A stretch of 64,000 bases of DNA, from assembly GCA_005239895.1 (NCBI GenBank), contig SBBB01000027.1:376-64375 (forward strand), given 5' to 3'. The position numbers and the translations under genes were made by a program. The notes below the pieces were generated by a model that saw only the letters and a list, made by a program, of their open reading frames with translations, made no database searches and was not told where the DNA came from. The stretch's first letter is position 1; every line of letters starts with the position of its first letter. The DNA is from a bacterium (lineage in GTDB: Bacteria; Patescibacteriota; Patescibacteriia; SBBB01). Shown here in pieces: positions 11,067 to 20,864 of the stretch.

Positions 11067-11720
11067 ATGAAAAGGGTTTATTTTGTGAGGCACGGTTTAA
11101 GCAGTGGCAATGCGGATGATGTATGGCACTCCTTATATGATCCTGATCCCTTGGTAGATCAAGGCAAAGATCAGTCTTTGTTATTAGCTGAGCGCTGCGT
11201 TAAGTTGCCCATTGATGTTATTATTTCTAGCACCATAGAAAGAGCCAAAACTACAGCTGATATTGTCAGTGGTGTAATTAAAAAACCAGTTGAATTATCA
11301 GATTTATTTATTGAGCGTCGTCGACCAAGCAATCAAATAGGTTTTTTGAAGGATTCTCCGGAGTCTAGATTTATTGGCACAACTATTTTAGAAAATTTTC
11401 ATATTGAAAACTATAGATTTTCCGATGAAGAAAATTTTGAAGATTTAAAAACTAGGGCTCATCAAGCCTTGTTGTTTTTGGAAAAGCGTCCCGAAGCAGA
11501 TATTTTAGTAATTACGCACGATTTTTTTCTTAGAATAATATTAGCTTATGTTACTTTTGGGGACTCATTGAACGGAGATGAGTGCAGACAATTTATAAAA
11601 GTTTTTTGCATGAAAAATACTGGCCTGACAATCATGGTTTTTGACGATATTCAAAAACCAGTGGCTACAAGCGCTTGGCGGGTTTATACCTGGAATGATT
11701 TTTCGCATTTACAAATATGA
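11067..11720 (+). CDS. Histidine phosphatase family protein
   Basis: RHG motif, SS..RA..TA, LVITH. Confidence 0.9.
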   Translation: MKRVYFVRHGLSSGNADDVWHSLYDPDPLVDQGKDQSLLLAERCVKLPIDVIISSTIERAKTTADIVSGVIKKPVELSDLFIERRRPSNQIGFLKDSPESRFIGTTILENFHIENYRFSDEENFEDLKTRAHQALLFLEKRPEADILVITHDFFLRIILAYVTFGDSLNGDECRQFIKVFCMKNTGLTIMVFDDIQKPVATSAWRVYTWNDFSHLQI

Positions 11721-12736
11721 TTAAGTATCAAAATATAGTAGTGACAGGTGGAGCTGGTTTTATTGGGAGTCATTTTGTCAAATATATGTTGGCAAAATAT
11801 CCTCACACAAAAATTATTAATGTTGACTTGTTAACTTATTGTGGGAATTTAGAAAACATTAAAGATGAATTAAATCATTCCCGTCACATATTTTATAAAG
11901 CTGATATTGGTGATTTCAATGCTATACTTAAAATTTTACAGAAACATAAGGTTGATTGTATTGTGAACCTTGCAGCTGAATCCGATAATAACAAGGCTGT
12001 TAGTACACCTATAGATTTTGTTAAAACCAATGCTTTAGGAACCAATGTTTTATTAGAAGCAGCCCGACAATACGGTAAGTTAAAAAGATTTCATCATATT
12101 TCTACCTGCGAAGTTTTCGGACATTTATTATTAGGCAGCAAGAGTAAATTTTCAGAACAATCTAGTTATAAACCTCGTACACCGTATAATGCGAGTAAGG
12201 CTTCCGGAGATTTAATTGCCAAAAGTTATTATCACACTTTTAATCTACCACTTACGATAAGTTATGCTTGTAATAATTATGGCACGCATCAATTCCCTGA
12301 AAAAATAATTCCGGTTTTTGCCATTAAAGCTTTGCGCCATGAATCTTTGCCAATTTTTAAGTCTTTTAGCAATCAAAGAGAGTGGATACATGTTTCAGAT
12401 CATTGCAGCGCGATTGATACTATTTTACATAATGGAGTAGTTGGGGAGTCTTACAATATTGGCACTGGATTAGAAAAAACAATTATGGAAATCGCGGATC
12501 ATGTTTTATATACTCTTAAGAAACCCAAGCATTTAAAAAAAATCGTCCCGGATCGTTTAAGTCATGATACTCGCTATCTCTTAAACGCGAATAAAATTAG
12601 AAAATTAGGGTGGAAACCAAAAGTAGAATGGTCGCACGGACTGGCTCACACCTTAGAGTGGTATAAAAATAATGAAAAGTGGTGGGGCCCTTTACTCAGT
12701 AAATCCCATGCTTTAAAGACTAAAAGTAGAAAGTAA
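11717..12736 (+). CDS. rfbB: dTDP-glucose 4,6-dehydratase
   Basis: TGGAGFIGS, DLLTYCGN, YNASK, NNYG..QFPEK, REWIHV.DH. Confidence 0.92.
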   Translation: MIKYQNIVVTGGAGFIGSHFVKYMLAKYPHTKIINVDLLTYCGNLENIKDELNHSRHIFYKADIGDFNAILKILQKHKVDCIVNLAAESDNNKAVSTPIDFVKTNALGTNVLLEAARQYGKLKRFHHISTCEVFGHLLLGSKSKFSEQSSYKPRTPYNASKASGDLIAKSYYHTFNLPLTISYACNNYGTHQFPEKIIPVFAIKALRHESLPIFKSFSNQREWIHVSDHCSAIDTILHNGVVGESYNIGTGLEKTIMEIADHVLYTLKKPKHLKKIVPDRLSHDTRYLLNANKIRKLGWKPKVEWSHGLAHTLEWYKNNEKWWGPLLSKSHALKTKSRK

Positions 12737-12751
12737 AAAGTAGAAAGTAAT

Positions 12752-13618
12752 ATGCGTAATTTAAAAATTTATATTTTTGGAGCGGCTGGATTTTTAGGAT
12801 CAAAATGCGCTGAGTATTTTCGGTCTTTAGGATATACTGTACTTGATCAAAGAGTTGATATTACAGATCGCAATGCTTTAAGAGTAGCTTTCAATTCAAG
12901 CCGTCCGGATGTGGCGATTAATTTAACCGGACCTCCTGTTTATCCAACTATTGATTGGTGCGAAGATAATCAAGCTCAAAGCGTTGATATGTTAGTATTA
13001 GCACCCATTGCTTTTACACTTACAGCCTTGGAATTCGGAATTTATCCCATTCAAATTACTTCGGGTTGCGTATATACTGGAGGACCAGAACATGAATTTA
13101 CTGAAGAAGACGCTCCTAATTTTTTTGGCAGTTTGTATTCGCGTTTAAGAATAGCCGGACAAATAGCTTTAGCAGATTTGCCTGTGCTGCAAGCTAGAAT
13201 TAGAATGCCTTGTTCAGTTACTTCTCATCCTCGTAATTTTTTTGATAAAATTATTTCTTATAAAAAATTAATTTCCATTCCTAATTCTTTAACTTTAGTT
13301 GAAGACTTGTGGCCAGCGTTAGATAAGTTAATTGCTTTACGACCAACGGGCATACTTAATCTTACTAACGAAGGCTATGTTGAACACTATCAAATTTTAG
13401 AAGCCTACAAAAAATATATTAATCCTGATCATACTTATGAACCTATTAGTTTAGAACAATTGCAAGGCCCAGGTGGTATTACTAAAGCTAAAAGGAGTAA
13501 TTGCGTGCTATCAGTTAAAAAAGCTCAAAATATGGGTATTAATATGCCTGCTATAAACAATGAACGTTTAAAAGAAATAATGGAGAAATATAAGCTTAGT
13601 TTAAAGAATTTTAGTTAA
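12752..13618 (+). CDS. NDP-4-keto-6-deoxyglucose 3,5-epimerase/4-reductase-like SDR (NRS/ER type)
   Basis: GAAGFLG, IDWCEDN, SGCVY, FTEEDAPNFFGSLYS, RIRMP, RSNC; follows rfbB. Confidence 0.7.
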   Translation: MRNLKIYIFGAAGFLGSKCAEYFRSLGYTVLDQRVDITDRNALRVAFNSSRPDVAINLTGPPVYPTIDWCEDNQAQSVDMLVLAPIAFTLTALEFGIYPIQITSGCVYTGGPEHEFTEEDAPNFFGSLYSRLRIAGQIALADLPVLQARIRMPCSVTSHPRNFFDKIISYKKLISIPNSLTLVEDLWPALDKLIALRPTGILNLTNEGYVEHYQILEAYKKYINPDHTYEPISLEQLQGPGGITKAKRSNCVLSVKKAQNMGINMPAINNERLKEIMEKYKLSLKNFS

Positions 13619-14221
13619 AGGGCAATTTTGGTGATCATGAGATCGCGCTGGGCAATATTTTCTTCCATAATCAATTAGCCTATAAGTTAATTCAAACCAT
13701 TCTTTTTTAGGCAGTAAAAGCATCAAGTCTTTTTCTATTTTATTAGGATCAGTGTTTTTAGTTAAACCCAATATTTTGGAGAGTCTGGTAACATGGGCGT
13801 CAACTGCAATTCCTTCCACGATTTGATAAGCATTGCCCAAAACCACATTAGCTGTTTTGCGAGCTACGCCTGGTAGGGTTATGATATTTTCCATAGTATT
13901 TGGAATTTTACCTTTAAATTTTTCCTGGACTATTTTAGCGGAGTTTAATATATTTTTAGCTTTATTTTTATAAAAACCAGTTGGTTTTATATCTTGTTCA
14001 AATTCTTTTGGGCTGGCATTTAGGTAATCATTAAATTTGGGATATTTTTTAAAGAGTTTAGCAGTAACTTCATTAACTTTTTTATCTGTGCATTGACTAG
14101 AAAGTATAACCGCGACTAAAAGTTCCCAGTGATTAGAATATTTTAAAGCCATTTTAGCTTCGGGAAATAGTTTTTTTAGTTCTTTGACGATTTTTAAAGC
14201 TTTTAGTTTTTTTTGGTTCAT
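13601..14221 (-). CDS. nth: Endonuclease III
   Basis: ILSSQCTD, LPGVARKTANVV (HhH), IAVDAHV, GRKYCPAR. Confidence 0.95.
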   Translation of the reverse strand: MNQKKLKALKIVKELKKLFPEAKMALKYSNHWELLVAVILSSQCTDKKVNEVTAKLFKKYPKFNDYLNASPKEFEQDIKPTGFYKNKAKNILNSAKIVQEKFKGKIPNTMENIITLPGVARKTANVVLGNAYQIVEGIAVDAHVTRLSKILGLTKNTDPNKIEKDLMLLLPKKEWFELTYRLIDYGRKYCPARSHDHQNCPLTKIL

Positions 14222-14331
14222 ATTAACTAGCGTATTATATTCAGCAGAAATAGTAAATATTAATTTTTTTTTAAAGCTTGTGTTTTTTAGAAAAATGCTT
14301 TAATTTTTAAGGGTACTTTCAGTGTATTTCA

Positions 14332-14365
14332 GGGTCTATAGTAAAGTGGCATTACATATATTCGC
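14332..14365 (+). pseudogene. 5' half tRNA remnant (Ala-like)
   Basis: GGGTCTA TA GTAA-AGTGGCA-TTAC (D arm) then ...TTCGC; no T arm. Confidence 0.5.
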
Positions 14366-14373
14366 TCCATTAT

Positions 14374-14446
14374 GGGCTGTTAGTTCAGTTAGCAGAACAC
14401 TCGATTCGCATTCGAGAGGTCACCGGTGCAATTCCGGTACAGTCCA
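14374..14446 (+). tRNA. tRNA-Ala(CGC)
   Basis: Cloverleaf, G3:U70, CTCGA-TTCGCAT-TCGAG anticodon arm; CCA not encoded. Confidence 0.93.
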
Positions 14447-14580
14447 CTAAAATTTTTCACTGCGTTCAAAATTTTAAGTAGTTCGTAGTTTGTAATTAGG
14501 GAAATGGTAAATTATTTGATTATCACATTTCATTACGATCGTGACTAGGTGTGATGTCAATTTTATAATAATTTTATGCG

Positions 14581-14619
14581 TCTACAACACTCTGCGATAG
14601 CAGAGCAGTGTAGACATAG
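14581..14619 (-). repeat. CTATGTCTACA...GTTGTAGA palindrome family copy
   Basis: Reverse complement matches ends of 44971-45015; sits just after the stop of 14633-15226. Confidence 0.75.
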
Positions 14620-14632
14620 AAAATTAAGAAAG

Positions 14633-15226
14633 TTATTTGTTGTATATTTTCCTCTTTTTAATAAATTGTAAAACAAGTAATAAAACAGTGGTATCAAAAA
14701 TAAAAAGATATAATGGATACGCGACATCTGTAAAGACAAAACTTTTTATTGTGAGCAATGATAATAATCCAGAAATACTTGCTGTTAGCCATACAAAATA
14801 AGTTTCACTTAGTGGGTCTTTATATGTTTTAATAATTGTTGGAAATCCAAAACAGAAATCTGCAACGATGGCGCAAATCAAGGCAAGTATAGGAAGATCT
14901 AAGGTTTGCCAAAGAACCAAACCAATAACACCAAGTATGAAGAACATGTAATCATAAATACTTACTGACCATACTCCAACTTTCTTTATTATTGAGTATA
15001 CTGCGATTAATAAACAATTTCCTGCATTGGCAAATAGAATAGCTACGGTCCACTCACTACCTTCTGCTAGCATGGCAGAAGCGCCAAGTGTGGTAATAAA
15101 TGTCCAACCAAACCAAGATAAAACATGGGGATGAGCTTTGCCTCTATGAATATCCATTATATAGGGTATTCCACCAATTAGGACAACAATTGATGAGAGT
15201 ATTCCAAATATTGCTTTGATTTCCAT
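14633..15226 (-). CDS. Multi-pass membrane protein (PQ-loop-like)
   Basis: About 7 hydrophobic segments; PY...G...P...SW and PTIIKTYKDP.SE repeats. Confidence 0.7.
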   Translation of the reverse strand: MEIKAIFGILSSIVVLIGGIPYIMDIHRGKAHPHVLSWFGWTFITTLGASAMLAEGSEWTVAILFANAGNCLLIAVYSIIKKVGVWSVSIYDYMFFILGVIGLVLWQTLDLPILALICAIVADFCFGFPTIIKTYKDPLSETYFVWLTASISGLLSLLTIKSFVFTDVAYPLYLFIFDTTVLLLVLQFIKKRKIYNK

Positions 15227-15330
15227 AGTAGTACTATTTTATCGTATTTTATTTTTTTAAAAATGATGCCCAGTCAGAACGCGTTTGTTTAAATTGTTCT
15301 GACTGGGATGCGTAGGGGACATTATAACAA

Positions 15331-15702
15331 TCAACATCTTTGATTGCACAGGTTTCTGTATGTACCAAATATAGAATACATCAGACTTAGGGTGGCTATA
15401 ACTCCCGGTAAAATTATTGGCTTGTTATGCAAGTGACAACCATATGCTAGACCTATAAATACTATGGTAATAATATTAGCTAGGGTTACGTTGTAGGCGC
15501 GGTTGTTATTATTTGGCTGAAACACAAGTTCGCTTAATACTATAAATGGTATACCCCAAATTATCACATTTGTCATGTAAAACAGTTTTAGCGATACTTC
15601 ATTTGTTACATCGTATAAAAATCCAAAAATTATTACGTTTATGCCCGCAAGTATGCTAACCCTTTTTTTGATGGTTCTTGTCAACCTGATTGTAGTTTGC
15701 AT
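15331..15702 (-). CDS. Hypothetical membrane protein
   Basis: 4 hydrophobic segments; GGGAGG SD; TTGACC-17-TAAACT; hairpin 15269-15307 downstream. Confidence 0.7.
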   Translation of the reverse strand: MQTTIRLTRTIKKRVSILAGINVIIFGFLYDVTNEVSLKLFYMTNVIIWGIPFIVLSELVFQPNNNNRAYNVTLANIITIVFIGLAYGCHLHNKPIILPGVIATLSLMYSIFGTYRNLCNQRC

Positions 15703-15827
15703 TTTTACCTCCCATTATGCAATCTTTAAGGTAAGGCTCTTTATGATCCTATTATCATAGATAATGCTGCACCTTAAATCATTATATAGTTTAAAATATA
15801 ACTACCCAAAGGTCAATTATTTCATTA

Positions 15828-15850
15828 ACTTAGTCGCCTTGCCACTAAGT
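15828..15850. repeat. ACTTAG-N11-CTAAGT palindrome copy
   Basis: Identical to 2458-2480; 12 nt after the HD gene stop. Confidence 0.9.
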
Positions 15851-15862
15851 GATAAATTCATT

Positions 15863-16537
15863 TTAAATTTTCCCATTCCATTCTTGGAAAAATGTATTTA
15901 GATATTCTTCCATAAATTTATGTCGATTTTTTGCCAATTTTTTAGCAGTTTTAGTATTCATTCTATCTTTCAGAAGTAAAAGTTTTTCGTAAAAATGGTT
16001 TATAGTTGAACTTTTATTTTTAAAATATTCTTTTTTTGTTTTGTGAATAGAGTGTTTTATATTTGGGTCGTACATCGGCCTGTTTTTGTGCCCGCCATAA
16101 GCAAAGGTGCGAGCTATGCCGATGGCGCCTATAGCATCAAGGCGGTCGGAGTCTTGAACAATTTGACCTTCAAGAGTTTTCATCTCGGTTTTTACACCAG
16201 CGCCCTTAAAAGACATATTAAGAATAATATCGCATACATGATCAATGGTTTTAGTTGGTACAGAATATTTTTCTCAAATTTGTTGAGCCATTTTTGGTCC
16301 AACAGTATCGTCGCCATTATAAAATTTCCAGTCAGCAATGTCGTGGAGAAGTGCTGCAAGTTCTACTATAAACATATCAGCGTGTTCTTTAGTGCCTATG
16401 TGTTTGGCCATATTCCATACTCTGACAATATGCCACCAATCGTGACCAGAGCCTTCGCCTTCAAGTATAACTTTTACCTCATCTGCTACTTTTTCAATTA
16501 TTTTTTGTTGTTTGGGATTCATGGGTTTATTTGTCAA
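15863..16537 (-). pseudogene. HD-domain phosphohydrolase interrupted by a single in-frame TGA
   Basis: GHDWWHI.RV, ALLHD, QDSDRLDAIGAIG; TGA at 16276-16274, frame continues EKYSVPTKTIDHVCDII into MSFKG. Confidence 0.85.
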
Positions 16538-16540
16538 AAT

Positions 16541-16957
16541 TTAGACCCGATAAATACCAAGAATCAAACCAAAAATTATAAACATAACTAATTTGTATCC
16601 ACCTTGAATTAAAATTATAGTCCAAGTTTTTTTAGCAGGATAATTGTTCCATATATGCGCGCCAATAATAGTTGGCATAATAAACCCTATCCAGATCGAT
16701 AAAGCAATTTTTAAACCAGAGACCTCTTTTTCATGAAATCCTATTATATAAGCTAGAATAAAAACTTGAAATAAAGTTAATAAGAAATCTATGACACAAA
16801 GCTTTAAACAACTTTTATCGTAAGCTTCCTTTTGATCTTTTGTAACCCCAATTGTTGCAAGCCATTTTTTACTAAACAGCAATCCATACCAAATATATCC
16901 CATAATAAGAGCTAAAATAGAACACCCTAACACTGCCCAATAATTGATTGTAATCAT
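16541..16957 (-). CDS. DUF1761-like membrane protein
   Basis: INYWAVL, G.IWY..LF.K.W, IWIGF..P. Confidence 0.8.
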   Translation of the reverse strand: MITINYWAVLGCSILALIMGYIWYGLLFSKKWLATIGVTKDQKEAYDKSCLKLCVIDFLLTLFQVFILAYIIGFHEKEVSGLKIALSIWIGFIMPTIIGAHIWNNYPAKKTWTIILIQGGYKLVMFIIFGLILGIYRV

Positions 16958-17258
16958 ATATTTAATTAAATTAAATTAAGTTAAGAATCAAATGTTGATA
17001 TTGTCATATTACGCCAAAATTAAAAAAGTCAAATTTAAGGCGTATCAATATATTGCTAGTGCATTAGGTAGATGTTATAATTTTTTAATGTTTAGGAGTT
17101 CAACTCCTAAACATATGATAGGGGTGGATCATGGTTATAAAAAACACATTTATGAAAGACAGGAAGAGTTAGCAAAAACAGTAGCGAGTTGGTTGTAGAT
17201 TTTGAAAAAATATAACGATAATACCCGCGCAGTTGAATTTGCGCGGGTTATAGTATAT

Positions 17259-17870
17259 TCAGGATTGATAGATATTTATGTTATATTTTTTATTCAAGCG
17301 ACAGAATAATTCATCCAAAGTCTTTTCCATGTTGTCAACTCTATTGTTTAGAGAGTACACTTGTTCATATGTTTTAAATTGTTGTACAAAATCTTTGCCA
17401 GTGGCAATGATACATGCGGTAATCTTTACATAGAATTGAAACATAATCTCAGCATCTGTGATTGATGGAACATGAAACGCCAAATTATAACCTTCTTCAT
17501 GGTACGGTGATCCATCCATGTAAGTTAGTGCGGGTGGATCGTAGAATGATTTCCAGATTTCGTGCATAGTACCAGTATCCCATAAAGATGGAATACGAGA
17601 TGTTAAAACAGCAAAATGTTTGTTTTGATTGCGTTCGGATGTATGATAGCGAGTATAATTATATCCATCTACTCTTGTAAGTAGTTCTATTTCATAATGT
17701 GGAAATATTGGCACTTTTCCAGTGTGCTTTTCATAGTAAAGTATAGGATCCAGCCAAAGGTCTTGTTGATTTTCAGCTCGATGAAAAACGCATTCAAATG
17801 AAATGTCAAACCGATTTCCTCTTAGACATCTCGCAAAAAGTCGCATATTTGATTCAGTGTTTTTAGCCAT
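17259..17870 (-). CDS. Hypothetical protein
   Basis: 203-aa ORF with GGAGG, TTGACA-17-TAGCCT and hairpin 17223-17248. Confidence 0.75.
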   Translation of the reverse strand: MAKNTESNMRLFARCLRGNRFDISFECVFHRAENQQDLWLDPILYYEKHTGKVPIFPHYEIELLTRVDGYNYTRYHTSERNQNKHFAVLTSRIPSLWDTGTMHEIWKSFYDPPALTYMDGSPYHEEGYNLAFHVPSITDAEIMFQFYVKITACIIATGKDFVQQFKTYEQVYSLNNRVDNMEKTLDELFCRLNKKYNINIYQS

Positions 17871-18143
17871 CTTTTTCCTCCATTAGGGTTGAACAACTGT
17901 CAACCACAGGCTATCACTTTATATAGAAAATGTCAATGTATTAATTATACAAAAAAATTTTTACGTAAATATAATTATAAATTTTCTTACTCTAATTACT
18001 AAATACAAATTACTAAAAGTTTTGGATGAAGATGTGGATGAGGGAAAATTTTACTCTACCATATGTCATATGATGCATAGCTTCTTCATCTTCATCTTCA
18101 TCGTGATCTTAATTTTGCGCAGTCGTGGCGAAGCAAAATTTTA

Positions 18144-18225
18144 TGGGCCAGGTGGGACTCGAACCCACAAGCCGTGAGGCACAAGATTTTAAGTCTTGCG
18201 TGTATGCCAATTCCACCACTAGCCC
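18144..18225 (-). tRNA. tRNA-Leu(TAA)
   Basis: Cloverleaf with long variable arm; CAAGA-CTTAAAA-TCTTG; GGTTCGAGTCCC. Confidence 0.95.
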
Positions 18226-18332
18226 TTAATACAAGATTATATTACTATTTTTTTTATATATCAATAGAGTATAGATATGATTCGAACCCAGGCTTTTAAA
18301 GAGCAACCCGGGTTCATTATAAGTGTGGTTTT

Positions 18333-19313
18333 TTAAGCCACTTGGATTTGTATGTTATGATACATCAATCCTAATTCTTTTATTTGGTTGCGCAGTGATT
18401 CACGCAACGCATTTTGATGCTTGGGGTCAATATTTTCATGCATTTTAATGCGAGCCTTACAAATCATTTGTCCATTTGGTTCGGTAGCTATTTTCATCCA
18501 TAACACTTTAGCCACTTTTTTGGTGCGATTAAGTATGCCCAAAATTTCATCTATTAGATGCGAATCTGGTTTCTGATGAATGGCTGCGGTTTTCATTTCC
18601 AGCAGCCGATTAAGAGTTTGCTTTTCTTTGCGAAGAGCCACCATTTTATAGAGCAATGCGTCATTCTTATTGATCAGATCTTGCTTGGTGCGTTTTAGAT
18701 AAGTAATATCATTCCGAATTTGTTTGGCATTACTTTGAAGCTCTTCAACTTCTTCCATATAAACCAGATAATTTTGATTTAACTTCTCCCAGATTGATTT
18801 CAGAAAGTACATACCACTCCCAACACCTAAAAATATATCTGGGAATGTGCTGTTGAAATAAACAACTAGCGTTGAACTTAGAATGGCTACTAATGAGATC
18901 AAGATGCTGTACTTCAGGTCAGTCTCATGTTCTTTTATCCATTCGCGCGTTGTATACTTTGTTAATAGATACCAGGATATTATGTTCGTACCTAGTCCTA
19001 GTATTGATACTTCTATTATCCAGTTTGTGTGAGGTAATACTGGATTTCTTTGCATTTTGCCAATTCCAGCCAGAATGATATCATTGACAATAAACATTCC
19101 AACAACAGCTGTGGCAATTAACTGAAGACCGTGTATATTTTTTTGGTCTGCATGGTTGTATAAAGCATAAATACCAGGTAATCCAGTTAGCATGTATATT
19201 CCGTTGAGACATAACGCCTTGTTATCGGTGTAAGCTCCAATTGATAACAACGTTATGCTTGTCGCACCTATGAGAATCATGAGGCATAATAACGCTATTT
19301 TTTGGTTTTTCAC
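18333..19313 (-). CDS. Divergent cation diffusion facilitator-like membrane protein with coiled-coil insertion
   Basis: 6 TMs, HETD in TM5, heptad segment, C-terminal IQIQV tail like the CDF dimerisation domain; AGGAGG + GTG start. Confidence 0.55.
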   Translation of the reverse strand: MKNQKIALLCLMILIGATSITLLSIGAYTDNKALCLNGIYMLTGLPGIYALYNHADQKNIHGLQLIATAVVGMFIVNDIILAGIGKMQRNPVLPHTNWIIEVSILGLGTNIISWYLLTKYTTREWIKEHETDLKYSILISLVAILSSTLVVYFNSTFPDIFLGVGSGMYFLKSIWEKLNQNYLVYMEEVEELQSNAKQIRNDITYLKRTKQDLINKNDALLYKMVALRKEKQTLNRLLEMKTAAIHQKPDSHLIDEILGILNRTKKVAKVLWMKIATEPNGQMICKARIKMHENIDPKHQNALRESLRNQIKELGLMYHNIQIQVA

Positions 19314-19486
19314 CTTTTGTTCCTCCTGTTAGTTAAATGTTGATTTTCTTGCTGTACATACTAATATACACTAATTTTAATAGCCTGTCAATGATTTGTA
19401 CTGTACACACCATGATATTTACTCTTTAAGGATTAATAGTGTAATATAGTGTAATGTGTGTGAATGAATAAGTTTTAAACTTTTTT

Positions 19487-20803
19487 ATGATTGTATTTGA
19501 TAAATTAGTATCTCTTTGTAAAAGACGAGGGTTTATTTTTTCAGGATCTTCTATTTATGGAGGATTAGCTAATAGTTTTGATTATGGTTTTTTAGGGGTA
19601 GAATTGAAAAACAATATTAAACAAGCGTGGTGGAAAAAGTTTGTGCAAACAAGAGATGATATGATTGGTATAGATGCCGCGATATTTATGAATCCTAAAG
19701 TTTGGGAAGCTTCGGGGCATTTGCAAAATTTTACAGATCCATTGGCGGATTGTAAAAAATGTCACGAACGTTTTAGACAAGATTTAGTACCGATTGAGCA
19801 CTCCACTACTTGTGGTGGTGAATTAACGGATGTGCGTAATTTTAATTTAATGTTTAAAACTACTCTGGGACCTGTGGAAGGCGAAGGTTCGGTGGTTTAT
19901 TTGAGACCGGAATTGGCGCAAGCTATGTTTGTGGACTTTAAGGAGCTATACGAAACTTATCGTTTATCTGTTCCTTTTGGCGTGGCTCAAATTGGCAAGG
20001 CGTTTAGAAATGAAATTACGACAGGTAATTTTATTTTTCGCACGCGCGAATTTGATTTAGCGGAGTTTGAATATTTTGTTGAACCCGATAAATGGGAGCA
20101 TTGGTTTAATTATTGGTTGAAAGAAATGGAAGACTGGATTGCAGAATTAGGTATTAAAAAAGATGAGACGTATTTACACGAAATACCCGATGGTGATCGT
20201 GCTCATTATTCTAAGCGAACCATTGATATTGAATATCAATATCCGTTTGGTATGAAAGAATTATATGGTTTAGCTTGCCGGTCGGACTTTGATTTAAAAA
20301 ATCATGAGAAATATAGTGGCAAAGATTTAAAATATAAAAATTTATCCACGGGAGCTAATTTTCTTCCCTATGTGATAGAGCCAACCTTTGGAATAGATCG
20401 ATCGGTTTTTGCAGTTTTAGCCAGTGCTTACTCCGAAGAAGAAGCGCCAACCACAGAAGAAGGCGAGAGTGATACGCGAGTGGTGTTAAAAATACCTAAA
20501 CATTTAGCTCCTATAAAAGTGGCAATATTACCCTTATCAAAAAAACAACCATTAATAGATAGTGCTAAAGACATAGCGAGTGAATTGCGAAAACATTTCA
20601 CGGTTTTGTACGACGAAACTCAATCTATTGGTCGCAGGTATAGACGTCAAGACGAAATTGGAACGCCTTATTGTATTACCATTGATTTTGAGACATCTAA
20701 TGATGGCTGCATTACGGTTCGTGATAGAGATACTATGCGACAAGAACGCAAAAATATAACAGAATTAAAAGATTATCTTCAATATTTATTAAATCAAGCT
20801 TAA
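19487..20803 (+). CDS. glyS: Glycine--tRNA ligase (alpha2 type)
   Basis: KRRGF, YLRPELAQ, GKAFRNE, IEPTFGIDR, IGRRYRRQDEIGTP. Confidence 0.97.
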   Translation: MIVFDKLVSLCKRRGFIFSGSSIYGGLANSFDYGFLGVELKNNIKQAWWKKFVQTRDDMIGIDAAIFMNPKVWEASGHLQNFTDPLADCKKCHERFRQDLVPIEHSTTCGGELTDVRNFNLMFKTTLGPVEGEGSVVYLRPELAQAMFVDFKELYETYRLSVPFGVAQIGKAFRNEITTGNFIFRTREFDLAEFEYFVEPDKWEHWFNYWLKEMEDWIAELGIKKDETYLHEIPDGDRAHYSKRTIDIEYQYPFGMKELYGLACRSDFDLKNHEKYSGKDLKYKNLSTGANFLPYVIEPTFGIDRSVFAVLASAYSEEEAPTTEEGESDTRVVLKIPKHLAPIKVAILPLSKKQPLIDSAKDIASELRKHFTVLYDETQSIGRRYRRQDEIGTPYCITIDFETSNDGCITVRDRDTMRQERKNITELKDYLQYLLNQA

Positions 20804-20864
20804 TTCCCTAGGTTTAAAAGATAAATTGTGTTATAATGTAAAATATATAATATAATTTATCTTT

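Noticed and set aside
16274-16276. Genetic code 25 (UGA=Gly) or selenocysteine
   Set aside because: Core genes are full length in code 11 and several end in TGA; only one internal TGA noticed
16043-16591. 182-aa plus-strand ORF and other antisense ORFs in the track (e.g. 44165-44662, 24283-24606)
   Set aside because: Shadows of well-supported genes on the opposite strand
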